This document shows, one piece after another, positions 49,005 through 59,449 of a DNA stretch of 64,000 nt (positions within the stretch are counted from its first letter, which is position 1; the number at the start of each line of letters is the position of its first letter). The translations under genes were made by a program, and so were the position numbers. The stretch lies in contig OY843592.1 in the NCBI GenBank assembly GCA_963692865.2, positions 928,001-992,000 on the forward strand, in the 5' to 3' direction. Under the pieces are notes generated by a model, which saw only the letters and a list, made by a program, of their open reading frames with translations, searched no databases and had not been told where the DNA came from. The DNA comes from a bacterium (lineage in GTDB: Bacteria; UBA8248).

Positions 49005-49790
49005 ATGCGTCTGGAAGGAAAAACGGCGGTCGTCACGGGCGGCGGCGGCGGAATCGGTCGGGGCATCATCCGCGCGTTCGCCCGCGAGGGCGCGCGGATT
49101 TGCGTGGTCGACGTCAACGAGGAAGTGTCTCAGCAGGGGCTCGATGATGCCGGCGAGGGGGAGCATTTCGCCCTGGCGGCGGACGTGACGAGCGAGGCGG
49201 ATGCCGAGAACGTCATCCACACGGCCATCGAACGGATGGGGCATATCGACATTCTGGTGAACTGCCACGGCAGGGCGTCCGCGCTGATGGGAAACCCCAT
49301 CGACAGGATAACGCTCGAGGAGTGGAACGCCGTCTTCAACGTGAACGCGACGGGCGTGTTCCTGATGTGCCGGGCGGTTGCTCCCCATCTTCGCGAGCGC
49401 AAGTACGGGAAGATCATCAACCTGGCCTCGCTCGCCGCAAGGCGCGCGAACGAGAACGTGCCGCACTATTGCGCGTCCAAGGCGGCTTGCATGAACTTCA
49501 CGATGAGCCTCGCCAAGGAGATGGCCCCCCACAACGTAAACGTGAACGCGATCAACCCGGGCCTGCTCTGGACGAACCTCTGGGAGAAGGGCCACGGCGT
49601 CATCATCGGAGCGGAGACGGACAGGCCCGCGAGGCGCGTGTTCGACGAGTTCGTGCAGGCGGCGGTTCCCCTGGGGCGTGAGCAGACGCCCGACGACGTG
49701 GGCCACATGGCGGTTTATCTCGCGAGCGATGAGAGCAAGAACGTCACGGGACAGGGCCTGCTCCTCGCCGGCGGGGCATGGATGGTCTAG
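49005..49790 (+). CDS. SDR oxidoreductase (tandem copy 1)
   Basis: TGGGGGIG, YCASK. Confidence 0.92.
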   Translation: MRLEGKTAVVTGGGGGIGRGIIRAFAREGARICVVDVNEEVSQQGLDDAGEGEHFALAADVTSEADAENVIHTAIERMGHIDILVNCHGRASALMGNPIDRITLEEWNAVFNVNATGVFLMCRAVAPHLRERKYGKIINLASLAARRANENVPHYCASKAACMNFTMSLAKEMAPHNVNVNAINPGLLWTNLWEKGHGVIIGAETDRPARRVFDEFVQAAVPLGREQTPDDVGHMAVYLASDESKNVTGQGLLLAGGAWMV

Positions 49791-49873
49791 AGAATATCTT
49801 TTCACCTCGAAACATGCCTGGGTGGTTTTCGCCAGCTGTAACCGGGCAAGACTTGTTTTAAGGGAGAATGCGA

Positions 49874-50659
49874 ATGCGCCTGGAAGGGAAAAAAGCGGTC
49901 GTGACGGGCGGCGGCGGCGGAATCGGCCGGGCCATCGTCCGCGCTTTTTCCCGCGAGGGCGCGCAGATTTGCGTGGTCGACTTAAGCGATGAGGTAAGCC
50001 GAAGAGGACTCGGCGACGCGGGCGCAGGTGCGCATTTCGCCCTTGCGGCGGATGTGGGAAGAGAGGCGGACGCCGAGCGCATCGTGCGGACGGCCATTGA
50101 ACGGATGGGGCATATCGATATTCTGGTGAACTGCCACGGCAGGGGAGCCGCGCTCGTGGCAAATCCCATTGACCGGATAACGCTGGATGAGTGGAACGCC
50201 GTCTTCGCGGTCAACGCGGCGGGCGTGTTCCTGATGTGCCGGGCGGTCGCTCCCCACATGCGCGAACGGGGATACGGGAAGATCGTCAACCTGGCCTCGC
50301 TCGCCGCGAGACGCGCGAACGCGGACGTGCCGCATTATTCCGCGTCCAAGGCGGCGTGCATGAACTTCACCATGAGCTTCGCCAGGGAGATGGCTCCCTA
50401 CAACGTGAACGTGAACGCGATCAACCCGGGCCTTTTGTGGACGAACATCTGGGAGAAAGGCCATGGCGTCATCATCGGGACTGAGACGGACAGGCCCGCG
50501 AGACGTGTGTTCGAGGAGTACGTCGAGGCGACGGTTCCCCTGGGCCGCGAGCAGACGACGGACGACGTGGGCCACATGGCGGTCTATCTCGCGAGTGATG
50601 AGAGCCGCAACGTCACGGGACAGGGCATGATCGTCGCGGGCGGAGCCTGGATGATATAG
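49874..50659 (+). CDS. SDR oxidoreductase (tandem copy 2)
   Basis: TGGGGGIG, YSASK; collinear with copy 1. Confidence 0.92.
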   Translation: MRLEGKKAVVTGGGGGIGRAIVRAFSREGAQICVVDLSDEVSRRGLGDAGAGAHFALAADVGREADAERIVRTAIERMGHIDILVNCHGRGAALVANPIDRITLDEWNAVFAVNAAGVFLMCRAVAPHMRERGYGKIVNLASLAARRANADVPHYSASKAACMNFTMSFAREMAPYNVNVNAINPGLLWTNIWEKGHGVIIGTETDRPARRVFEEYVEATVPLGREQTTDDVGHMAVYLASDESRNVTGQGMIVAGGAWMI

Positions 50660-50665
50660 CGGAGG

Positions 50666-51718
50666 ATGAAAATGAGAGCAGTCGTGTTGAAAGAGTTCGG
50701 CGGCGTGGAAAATTTCGAGGACGCCGATTGGCCCGAGAGAGAGCCCGACCCTGAGCAGGTGAAGATCCGGGCGAAGGCTGTTTCCGTGAACCCGACCGAT
50801 TTCAAGGCCAGGCGAGGCGGCAACCAGGGCGCGGTTCCCATCATCCTGGGCCGGGATACCGCGGGCGTGGTCGAATCGGTGGGCGGGAACGTGTCGGAGT
50901 TCTCCCCCGGCGACGAGGTCATGGCCTATCTCCCCAGATTCGGCGACAGCGGCGGGGACGGGTATGCGGAGTTCGTGTGCATTCATCAGGCGTTCGTCGT
51001 GAAAAAGCCCCAAAACGCCACTTTCGGGCAGGCGGCCGCTTTGCCGCTCGTGTCGCTGACCGCCCATGAGGCGATTGTCATGAAGGCGCGTGTGCAGCCG
51101 GGAGAAGCGGTCTTCGTGGCGGGCGCCTCGGGCGGCGTTGGAACCATGGGGCTTCAGATGCTCGCGCGCATCGGCGCGTCTCCCATCGTCGGGACGGCGG
51201 GAAGCGATGAAAGCGCAAAATACATCGAGGATTTGCTCGCTCCCGCCCCCGTCGGCGTGCTCAAGTATTCGGGGCTCTCGCTCGATGAGTTGTCCCGCCG
51301 GGCGGTGGAGATGAACGGGGGCCGTCTTTTCCCCGCCACGTTCGATTTCGTGGGCCGCGAGATGAAGAAACTCTGCTGCGAGGTGGTGGACTACTGGGGG
51401 CGAATCTCCTCCATTGCGCCCGAGCCGGGTGCGCCCATCGATGAGTTTTTCTCATCCCAGGAAGGCCCCCTGTTCACCAAATCGGCTTCGTTTCACGGCA
51501 CTTTCCTGCGCGCCCCCGTTCGCGGGGGCGGCCCCGCCTACTACGGCGTCTACAAGAAGGCGCTCGAAGAGATACGCGACTGGGTGGAGGCGGGGGAGAT
51601 CGAGGCGCCGCAGGTTACAGACATGGGAGTCATGAACGCGCAGAACATCGCCGCGGCCCACACGCTCCTGGAAGAGGGCCACGTGCGCGGCAAGCTGGTC
51701 TTGCGCGTGGATGGATAG
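50666..51718 (+). CDS. MDR-family quinone oxidoreductase-like protein
   Basis: SVNPTD, GASGGVG, AH..LE.GHVRGKLVL. Confidence 0.9.
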   Translation: MKMRAVVLKEFGGVENFEDADWPEREPDPEQVKIRAKAVSVNPTDFKARRGGNQGAVPIILGRDTAGVVESVGGNVSEFSPGDEVMAYLPRFGDSGGDGYAEFVCIHQAFVVKKPQNATFGQAAALPLVSLTAHEAIVMKARVQPGEAVFVAGASGGVGTMGLQMLARIGASPIVGTAGSDESAKYIEDLLAPAPVGVLKYSGLSLDELSRRAVEMNGGRLFPATFDFVGREMKKLCCEVVDYWGRISSIAPEPGAPIDEFFSSQEGPLFTKSASFHGTFLRAPVRGGGPAYYGVYKKALEEIRDWVEAGEIEAPQVTDMGVMNAQNIAAAHTLLEEGHVRGKLVLRVDG

Positions 51719-51746
51719 AGGCGATTTCGAAGGAGATGGTGAAGTA

Positions 51747-52619
51747 ATGATAGAGCCCCGCATGAGGTATGAGAAAAAATTCGCGCAAGTCCTCGGCAGG
51801 AAGATGGCCTACGTGGAGGCGGGCGAGGGGGACCCGGTCGTCTTTTTCCACGGCAACATCACTTCCTCCTACATGTGGCGCAACGTGATTCCCCACGTCG
51901 AGGGGCTGGGCCGCTGCATCGCGATAGACAACATCGGCCAGGGGGATTCCGAAAAACTCCCGGGCTCCATGTACCGCCTGGTCGACCACCAGCCCTTCAC
52001 GAACGCGCTGATGGACGCGCTGGGGGTCACGGAGAACGTCACCGTCGTGACGCACGACTGGGGCGCGCAACTGGGCTTCACGTGGGCGTCGGAGCGGCAG
52101 GATGCGCTCAAGGGCGTCGTGATCTGCCAGGGAGTCCTCGGCAATTTCGAATGGAGCCATTGGCCGCCGGAGGTTCAGGCTCTTTTCAAGAGGTTCAGAA
52201 GCGCCGAAGGCGAGGAACTCGTCCTGGAGCAGAACTTCTTCGTGGAGAAGATTCTGCCCGCCATGGTCATCCGCGAGGTTTCCCCGGAAATTCACGACGA
52301 ATACCGAAGGCCCTACAGAAACCCCGGCGAGGCCAGAAGACCCACGCTCACCTGGCCGCGCGAGATTCCCATCGAGGGAGAACCCGCGGACGTTCTCGAG
52401 ATCATCGAGCGCAACAACGCCTGGCTTGAAAAACATCCGGCGCCGAAACTGTTCATCAATTCAGACCCCGGCGCCGTGCTGGTGGGAGAGCACCGGAGCA
52501 TGGTTCGCGGCTGGCCCAACGTGGAGGAGGTGACGGTCGCCGGGCTTCACTACTGCCATGAGGATTCGCCCGACGGGATGGGCCGGGCGATTGCGGGGTG
52601 GTATGCGTCTCTTGATTGA
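51747..52619 (+). CDS. Haloalkane dehalogenase-like (HLD-II/LinB type) hydrolase
   Basis: HGNITSSYMWRN, HDWG, N.FVE, RRPTLTWPREIP, GLHYCHED. Confidence 0.88.
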   Translation: MIEPRMRYEKKFAQVLGRKMAYVEAGEGDPVVFFHGNITSSYMWRNVIPHVEGLGRCIAIDNIGQGDSEKLPGSMYRLVDHQPFTNALMDALGVTENVTVVTHDWGAQLGFTWASERQDALKGVVICQGVLGNFEWSHWPPEVQALFKRFRSAEGEELVLEQNFFVEKILPAMVIREVSPEIHDEYRRPYRNPGEARRPTLTWPREIPIEGEPADVLEIIERNNAWLEKHPAPKLFINSDPGAVLVGEHRSMVRGWPNVEEVTVAGLHYCHEDSPDGMGRAIAGWYASLD

Positions 52620-52668
52620 TTTTGCGACCCTGGACAACAGGACGCACTGAGCCGCCGTGTGGGTTGCG

Positions 52669-53775
52669 ATGAAACCGAAAATCGGCAGACGGAAATTCCT
52701 CAAGCGCGCCGGTCTGGCGGGGCTCGGCGCGCTTGGGCTGGCGGGAGGATGCGCGAAGATGGGTCTGGGCATCAAGGGGCCGACGGCGCCGCCTCCCGAA
52801 GCGCAGGGCCTCCTCACGCGCGAGGCGGAATCCCTTTACTGGCCGCACGGCGAACCGGGGAGGTGGTTCAACCCCTGGTGGCCGAACCCGGGCTCGCGGG
52901 CCAATCTGTACAAATGGAAATTCCTGTACCGAAACGAGTTCGCGGAAGTCAAAAACGCCAAAACACCAGAAGTTCCAGTCGTTTCCAACGATGGCGCATA
53001 TCTGGGGAAGCCGCAGAACGAGCCTTCCATCACCTCGATCGGCCATTGCGGCTTCGTCATTCAGGACGGACCGAGCGTCGTCCTGACGGACCCCCATTTC
53101 GGCGCGGGGGCTTTCTGGCATGGACGCCATCAGCCGCCGGGCGCGCCTGCGGCTTCGATTCCGGGGGGCGCCGTAGCGACGATATCCCACAACCACTATG
53201 ATCATCTCGACGCGTGGACGATAGAGAACCTGCCCGAAGACGTCACCTGGTTCGTGCCGATGGGGCTGGGCGCTTTCGTGGAATCACTCGGCAGGCGCGC
53301 CGTGGAGCTCGACTGGTGGCGAAGCGCCGAGCGCGGCGGCTTGCGCCTGACTTGCCTGCCCGCGCAGCACTGGTCGAACCGCTTCGGGGTGGCGCGCGAC
53401 TCCACGCTCTGGTGCGCCTGGCTCATCGAGACCGGCGCGCGGAAGTATTTCCACGGCGGGGACAGCGGCTATTTTCAAGGGTTTAGGGAGTTCGGCCGCA
53501 AATTCGGCTCGATAGATGTGGCCATGCTTCCCATCGGCGCGTACGAGCCCCGGTGGATGATGCGGTATTCCCACATGAACCCCGCCGAGGGCCTCAAGGC
53601 GTTCGACGATCTGGGCGCGCGCTGGATGATCCCCATGCACTGGGGTACGTTCGACCTGACGGACGAGCCGCTCGACCATCCGCCCCGCGTGCTCAGGGCG
53701 CACATGGCCGAGACGGGCGCGGACGCCTCCCGCGTGAAGGTCATGGCAGTGGGCGAGAGGTGGAAATTCCTGTAA
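52669..53775 (+). CDS. Tat-exported lipoprotein, MBL-fold (NAPE-PLD-like) hydrolase
   Basis: RRKFLK Tat motif, LAGGC lipobox, SHNHYDHLD, PAQHWS, GDSGY, PMHWGTF. Confidence 0.9.
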   Translation: MKPKIGRRKFLKRAGLAGLGALGLAGGCAKMGLGIKGPTAPPPEAQGLLTREAESLYWPHGEPGRWFNPWWPNPGSRANLYKWKFLYRNEFAEVKNAKTPEVPVVSNDGAYLGKPQNEPSITSIGHCGFVIQDGPSVVLTDPHFGAGAFWHGRHQPPGAPAASIPGGAVATISHNHYDHLDAWTIENLPEDVTWFVPMGLGAFVESLGRRAVELDWWRSAERGGLRLTCLPAQHWSNRFGVARDSTLWCAWLIETGARKYFHGGDSGYFQGFREFGRKFGSIDVAMLPIGAYEPRWMMRYSHMNPAEGLKAFDDLGARWMIPMHWGTFDLTDEPLDHPPRVLRAHMAETGADASRVKVMAVGERWKFL

Positions 53776-53814
53776 ACTATTGACTTTGCTTGGAGAACAA
53801 GGGGGAGAGGTAAT

Positions 53815-54042
53815 ATGAAGAAACCGAGAAATGACGCCGAAGACGAAGAGATTGCGCGCAACAACCTCAACCGCCTCTTCGGCAGGCTCGCGTTCGAGAA
53901 GGGCAACGCCTACGGGCGCGGGGATGATGAGGAAGACCCGATCGCGCGGCTCAAGGACGATTCGATCGTCACCAGAAAGCGAATAAAATCAAAGAGATCG
54001 CCGGACGACGCCAGACCGCCCGAGGCCTATCCGGGGCCCTAG
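53815..54042 (+). CDS. Small hypothetical protein
   Basis: 75-aa ORF with strong GGAGAGG RBS. Confidence 0.55.
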   Translation: MKKPRNDAEDEEIARNNLNRLFGRLAFEKGNAYGRGDDEEDPIARLKDDSIVTRKRIKSKRSPDDARPPEAYPGP

Positions 54043-54204
54043 AGGTCGCGATTGGGCGCGCGTGCGCCTGCCGGACGCCCCGAGCGGGGGCGCAACTGCC
54101 CGCAAATCCGCGCATTTGCCGTCATCGCGTGAGGCGCGGGCCGTGGCAGAATTCCCCTGCGCGCGACCCCGCTGCGTCATATCCCAGGAATTTAATTTGT
54201 CGGA

Positions 54205-54260
54205 AATTTATCGAAAACCCCCCTGAATTTATCTAATTTTATCCATATTTACAGAAATTC
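54205..54260. repeat. AT-rich dispersed repeat, copy B
   Basis: 44/56 identity to 8627-8682. Confidence 0.75.
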
Positions 54261-54747
54261 CGGCCCGCCCGAAAACTCATTGGCGCGGGGGCGTTCTTCC
54301 CCCTGCTGATGACTCCGGGATGACGGCGAGTGCGGGATCAATTTCGGGCGAGCAGGAGTTGTTGAATAGCCTCATATGTGCTCGTCCGTTTTTAATCGGT
54401 GGGCATGGTTTCATTCGTCGTTCCGGCGCATGCCGGAATCCATTTTCGCCTTCACTCGTGAACGGCCTCCGAGGAAATCTCCCTTGAGGGTCGAGCTTTC
54501 CTTTTCTGGAAGATCGAAGTCGCGCCGGTGGGGGACGGCGGCCTCGACTGAAGAAGAAGGGGCTGCCGGTGTTTTTACTCCTTCGTGAAGGGTCGTCTCT
54601 CGGTGTGGATGACGCCCGCCGTCTCGCGATGTGTCTGCCGTATGCGCATAAATGCTATAATCGCCGCCAATCTGACCATGTGCGCGCCACCGACATGGGT
54701 TCGTCGCCCTAGGTGAGGGCGAAGTCCGGTCTCTGGATTCGAAGGAT

Positions 54748-55383
54748 GTGGAACGATGGATGATTTTGTTTATCACAGTGTGCTTGTGGGGCTCGTCCGC
54801 TTCGGCGGCTCCGCTCCACGATGCGGCCAAGTCGGGTCGGGTCGAGCGTGTCAAGGCGCTTGTCAAGAGTGGCGCGAAGGTGAACTCGAAAATGCGCTCT
54901 GGACAGACCCCGCTTCACGTTGCGGCTCTAAAAGGCCGAGAGAAAATCGTCAAGGTGTTGCTTGATGCAGGAGCCGAGGTGGACGCAAGAATCAAGAAGA
55001 GCCGCTCGACTCCCCTTCATCTTGCCGTGGTGGGTGGTCACTTGGCGGCAATCAAGATGCTGCTCGATGGCAAGGCGAAGGTGAATGCGCAAAACAAGGT
55101 TGGAGCAACTCCACTTCAAGATGCAGCACGAGAAGGCCACTTGGAAGTAATCCGGGTTTTGCTGAATGCAGGCGCGAAGGCGGATGCGAAAGACGAGGAC
55201 AGGTGGACACCACTTCATACTGCGGCGCGCAAGGGCCACGTGGGAGTGGTCGAAGTGTTGCTCCATGGTGGCGCGAAGGTGAGCGAGAGAGGGAAAAACG
55301 ATTTTACACCCCTTCACTACGCGGCGTTCAATAGCCATGTGGGAGTAGTTGAAGCCCTACTTAAGGGCGGCGCAAAAGTTGAT
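54748..55383 (+). pseudogene. Secreted ankyrin-repeat protein truncated by IS256
   Basis: Signal peptide then six (T)PLH.AA..G...V..LL..GA repeats; the frame runs into the IS left end. Confidence 0.85.
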
Positions 55384-56772
55384 GGAGTTATCCTCAGATT
55401 TTGTGTATGGGCTGAATGGAAGAAGGCGGCGCATCCTGCTGAAATAGGGTTGTCAGAAGTCCGGTCATTCAGCACACAGGAGATGCGCCACCATGCACAA
55501 AGATACGACGATTCCCTTTACGAATCCAGCCTATCGAGACGAGTTGAGCGAACTGGTGCGCGCGGGCGCGCAACGAATCATCCGCCAGGCGGTGGAAGCG
55601 GAGTTGGAGGCTTTCCTGGAGGAGCATTCGGCCGAGCGTGACGCGGGGGGACGTCGCGCACTCGTTCGCAACGGCTATCTACCTTCACGGGAGGTATTGA
55701 CGGGGGTTGGCCCGGTGCGGGTTTGTGTTCCGAGGACGCGGGACAGGAGCGGTGCGGGCCGGTGCTTGCGCTCGGAGTTGTTGCCGCCGTATCTGAAGAA
55801 GACGGGGCGTGTGGAGGCGGTGATTCCGTGGCTGTACCTGAAGGGGATATCGACGAACGACTTCGGTGAGGCCTTGCGCGCGCTGTTCGGCGAGTCGGTG
55901 CAGGGTTTGTCCCCGGCGCCGGTTGCGCGGCTCAAGGGCGGCTGGGAGCGCGAGTACGCGCAGTGGCGCGAGCGAGACTGGCATGGCGAGGAGTTCGTGT
56001 ATCTGTGGGCGGACGGGATATATCTGAACGTGCGCGGCGGGGAGCGACGCTGTCTACTGGTGGTTGTGGGCTGCGATGCGCGTGGCCGCAAGCGCTTCCT
56101 GGCTCTGGAATCTGGGTTTAGGGAATCGAAGGAGAGTTGGAAAGCGGTTCTGCTCAGCCTGCGGGACCGGGGCGTGAAGGCGGCGAAGTTGGCGGTGGGC
56201 GACGGGGGGCTGGGGTTGTGGTCGGCCCTGGCTGAGGTGTATCCCGAGACCCGGGCGCAGCGCTGCTGGGTGCACAAGACGGTGAACGTGCTCGACAGGC
56301 TGTCGGGGCCGCGTTCAGGGCGAAGCGAAGTCGATGCTGCATGAGATATGGGGGTCCGACACCCGGATGAATGCGCACAAGGCGCTCACACGCTTCCTCG
56401 CCACTTGGGAGGGGAAGTACCCCAGGGCCGCAGAATGCCTGGCGAGGGATCGGGAAGAGTTGCTCGCCTTCTCCGACTTCCCGGCGTCGCACTGGGGGCA
56501 TCTGCGGACGACGAACCCCATCGAGTCGACCTTCGCCACCATCCGCTTGCGAACGGCGAAGACGGGGAACCGCCTGAGCGAGAAGACGGCGGTGAGCCTC
56601 GTGCGTCAACTCGCCATGAGCTCCGAGAAACGATGGCGCCGACTACGCGGCTTCCGTCATCTGGCCGACGTGATCGCCGACGTGAGGTTCACCGATGGGG
56701 TGGAGGAAAAAGAAACGGGCGGGAGGGCCGCCGGATTCAGGACGGCCATACACCAGATTTGACAGTAACTCC
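55384..56772 (+). mobile_element. IS256-family insertion sequence
   Basis: Imperfect TIRs GGAGTTATCCTCAGATTTTGTGTATGG / CCATACACCAGATTTGACAGTAACTCC; no flanking TSD. Confidence 0.9.
55493..56762 (+). pseudogene. IS256 transposase, frameshifted near 56305
   Basis: RNGY, YLKGIST, YLWADG, QRCWVHK in one frame; TTNPIESTF in the next. Confidence 0.88.
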
Positions 56773-57015
56773 ACGAAAACTGATTCTGAATAAACGTTCT
56801 AGAAGGCTAGGTTATAATCGGAGATAAGTTGCGCGAGTCGGATTCTGAACGAGACCGCGACCAATAAATGTTCCCTAATGATATCAATGAGATAATAGGA
56901 TTTTACGGCCGTTGGAAATCCCGTACCGTCTGAAAATGGGCAGGTCGGCAAGGCGGAGCCGGTCCCTTGACGAATCGGTGGACAAATACTAATAAAATCC
57001 CTCCTATTTCGACCG

Positions 57016-57038
57016 TTTATCATATGCATATTGATAAA
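57016..57038. promoter_or_regulatory. Palindromic candidate operator upstream of AbiE
   Basis: TTTATCA-TATGCATAT-TGATAAA in an AT-rich promoter region. Confidence 0.45.
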
Positions 57039-57099
57039 TATCTTAAATACGATTAAATTTAATGCTATTATGTCGATTGAATATCAAAGAAAAAATCCC

Positions 57100-57906
57100 G
57101 TGAGACTTAATGAATTCCTGGATCGGCGCGCCGTGTTCACGATGGACGAACTGGATCGCTTCCTGTCCGAGCGTGGATCCGGAAACACCCACACCCGTAA
57201 TTCGCTGCTGGCCTACCACCGCAAGCAAGGCCGGATCGTCCATGTGCGCCGCGGCCTGTATGCGACGGTTCCCCGGGGTATGGATCCTGCGACCGCACCG
57301 GTCGATCCATTCCTGGTGGCGGCCAGGATGACCGGGGACGCTGTGCTGGGCTACCACACGGCTCTGGAGTTCCACGGGAGGGCATACTCGGTCCACTGGA
57401 GGCTGGTCTATGTCTCGACGGTCAAGTCGCTTCCGCTTACGTTTCAATCTCACGAGTTCCGGCGCGCGCCCGTGCCGCCGCCGCTGCTGGCGAAAGGAGA
57501 GGAGATGTTCGGAGTCACCCGCCATGAGCGTTCCGGCGTGAAACTCCGGGTGACCGGCCACGAAAGAACCATGGTCGATGCGCTGGACCGGCCGGACCTG
57601 ACCGGAACCTGGGAAGAGATATGGCGGTCCCTGGAATCGGTGGAGTTCTTCGATCTGGAACAAGTCATCGAGTACACCCGCCTGTTGGAGAACGCGACCA
57701 CAGCAGCAAGGGTGGGGTTTTTCCTGGAACAGCACAGGGAGCCTTTGATGGTGGAGGAGACCCACCTCGATGCCCTGCGCAAGCTGCGCCCGAGGCAGCC
57801 TCACCATTTTATGCAAGGCAGGCCCAGAGGTTGCCGGCTGGTAAAAGGCTGGAACCTGATGGTTCCGGATGAAATTCTGAATCGGTCTTGGGGAGAGGTG
57901 CCGTGA
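57100..57906 (+). CDS. AbiEi-like antitoxin / transcriptional regulator (type IV TA)
   Basis: wHTH 'VRRGLY', 'YHTALEFHG', 'ERTMVDALDRPDL', R.GF.LE; GTGA overlap with the next gene. Confidence 0.82.
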   Translation: MRLNEFLDRRAVFTMDELDRFLSERGSGNTHTRNSLLAYHRKQGRIVHVRRGLYATVPRGMDPATAPVDPFLVAARMTGDAVLGYHTALEFHGRAYSVHWRLVYVSTVKSLPLTFQSHEFRRAPVPPPLLAKGEEMFGVTRHERSGVKLRVTGHERTMVDALDRPDLTGTWEEIWRSLESVEFFDLEQVIEYTRLLENATTAARVGFFLEQHREPLMVEETHLDALRKLRPRQPHHFMQGRPRGCRLVKGWNLMVPDEILNRSWGEVP

Positions 57907-58874
57907 GATTTTCCGCCTCGGAAATCCTGCCCGTGGCCCGAGCCAACGGATTCAACGCGGAGGTGGTCGAGAAGGTTTTCTGCCTGATGCATCTCCTGAA
58001 CGCCCTGAACACGCACCCGTCGCTCAAGGGAAGATGGGTCCTGAAGGGCGGCACGGCCCTGAACCTGTTCGTCCTCCGCCATCCCCGGTTGTCCGTGGAC
58101 ATCGACCTCAACTACATCGGCGCGCTGGAGCGCGAGGAAATGCTGGAGGAACGACCGAGAATCGAGCAGGCGGCCCAAGCGGTCTTTTCCCGTGAGGGAT
58201 TCACGGTCCGGAGGACACCAAGCGAACACGCCGGAGGCAAGTGGCGGTTGAGCTACCCGAGCTACACCGGGCAATCCGGGAGTCTAGAAGTCGATTTGAA
58301 TTTCATGTTCAGGCAACCGCTTTGGGATATCCGCCACGCCGATTCGCATCCGCTCGGGGACTATCAGGCCAAAGACGTCCCCCTTCTCGACCTTCATGAA
58401 ATCGTGGCCGGCAAGCTCTCGGCGCTGTTTTCCCGCAGACAAGCGAGAGATCTGTTCGATTGTCATCGCATACTCGATACGGATACTCTTCAATGTGAGC
58501 GGCTCCGCATCGCTTTTGTCGTATACGGGGCGATGAACCGCAAGGACTGGCGGACCATTTCGGTCACAGACGTGGCCTATGATGAATCGGAGTTGGCCAG
58601 GCTGCTCGCTCCCACACTCCGAGTTCGCCAGCCAGGCGACCAGGCGTCGCTCGCCGAATACGGGATGCAACTGCTGGAGGAGACCAGGAAGAGCCTGACC
58701 GCTTTGCTACCGTTTACCGAAGCCGAGCGGGCATTCCTCGATCTCCTGTTGGACAAAGGTGAAATCGACGCGACGATCCTGACCTCCGGTACATCCCTTC
58801 AAGAACGCATCCAGGTCCAACCGCTTCTGGAATGGAAGGCCTTCAACGTGCGCAGCTACAAGGGGTTGTCCTGA
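57903..58874 (+). CDS. AbiEii-family nucleotidyltransferase toxin
   Basis: LKGGTAL, RLSVDIDL, K..AL..R..ARDLFD. Confidence 0.9.
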   Translation: MRFSASEILPVARANGFNAEVVEKVFCLMHLLNALNTHPSLKGRWVLKGGTALNLFVLRHPRLSVDIDLNYIGALEREEMLEERPRIEQAAQAVFSREGFTVRRTPSEHAGGKWRLSYPSYTGQSGSLEVDLNFMFRQPLWDIRHADSHPLGDYQAKDVPLLDLHEIVAGKLSALFSRRQARDLFDCHRILDTDTLQCERLRIAFVVYGAMNRKDWRTISVTDVAYDESELARLLAPTLRVRQPGDQASLAEYGMQLLEETRKSLTALLPFTEAERAFLDLLLDKGEIDATILTSGTSLQERIQVQPLLEWKAFNVRSYKGLS

Positions 58875-59189
58875 CATGAGATCGCGCATGCTGACAATCA
58901 ACGCGCTACACGGCCACTTCGAAGAATTTTGGGGATCGCTTCCGCAAAGATCAACCAATGTCGGCCAGTCGGTGTCGGTCTGCGAGTATCCGGGTTCGGG
59001 GCTGCTGGAGTCGGTTTTCAATCTGGGCGAGCTTCTCCGAGGTCGGCTTAGACTATGCTGAGCATTATCTGCCACGTTTTACCGCACAAGGCGACGCTGT
59101 CACAGCCGGAGGAACTGACATGCCGGGCTCGTGATAATCGACGTTTCCGAAATTGGGGGACAACCACATTCGCGCGTCAGAGCAAACAT

Positions 59190-59449
59190 GAGGCCCCACA
59201 AGTACCCGACAAGTCCCCTGCAAGTCAGAAATCTCATCCGTTTCCCGGAAGGCGATCGGAAACGAGCGAAAATCCTTCAGAATCTGGGACTCAAGGTCGG
59301 ACGAATCTGGCCAAGAATACGTACAACCGGCTCTTGACGTGAGCCTCATCGAGATGATCATTCCGGTCAAACCCCGAAGCAGCAAACAAGAGTACCGGTT
59401 GACGGACAAAGGCCGGGAATTGCGGGAACGCATGAATCAGACACAATGA
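59190..59449 (+). pseudogene. Remnant C-terminal HTH of a Fic/ATP-binding protein
   Basis: Frameshifted 'QVRNLI...ILQNLGLK' then 'YVQPAL...LIEMIIPVKPRSSKQEYRLTDKG'. Confidence 0.6.
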
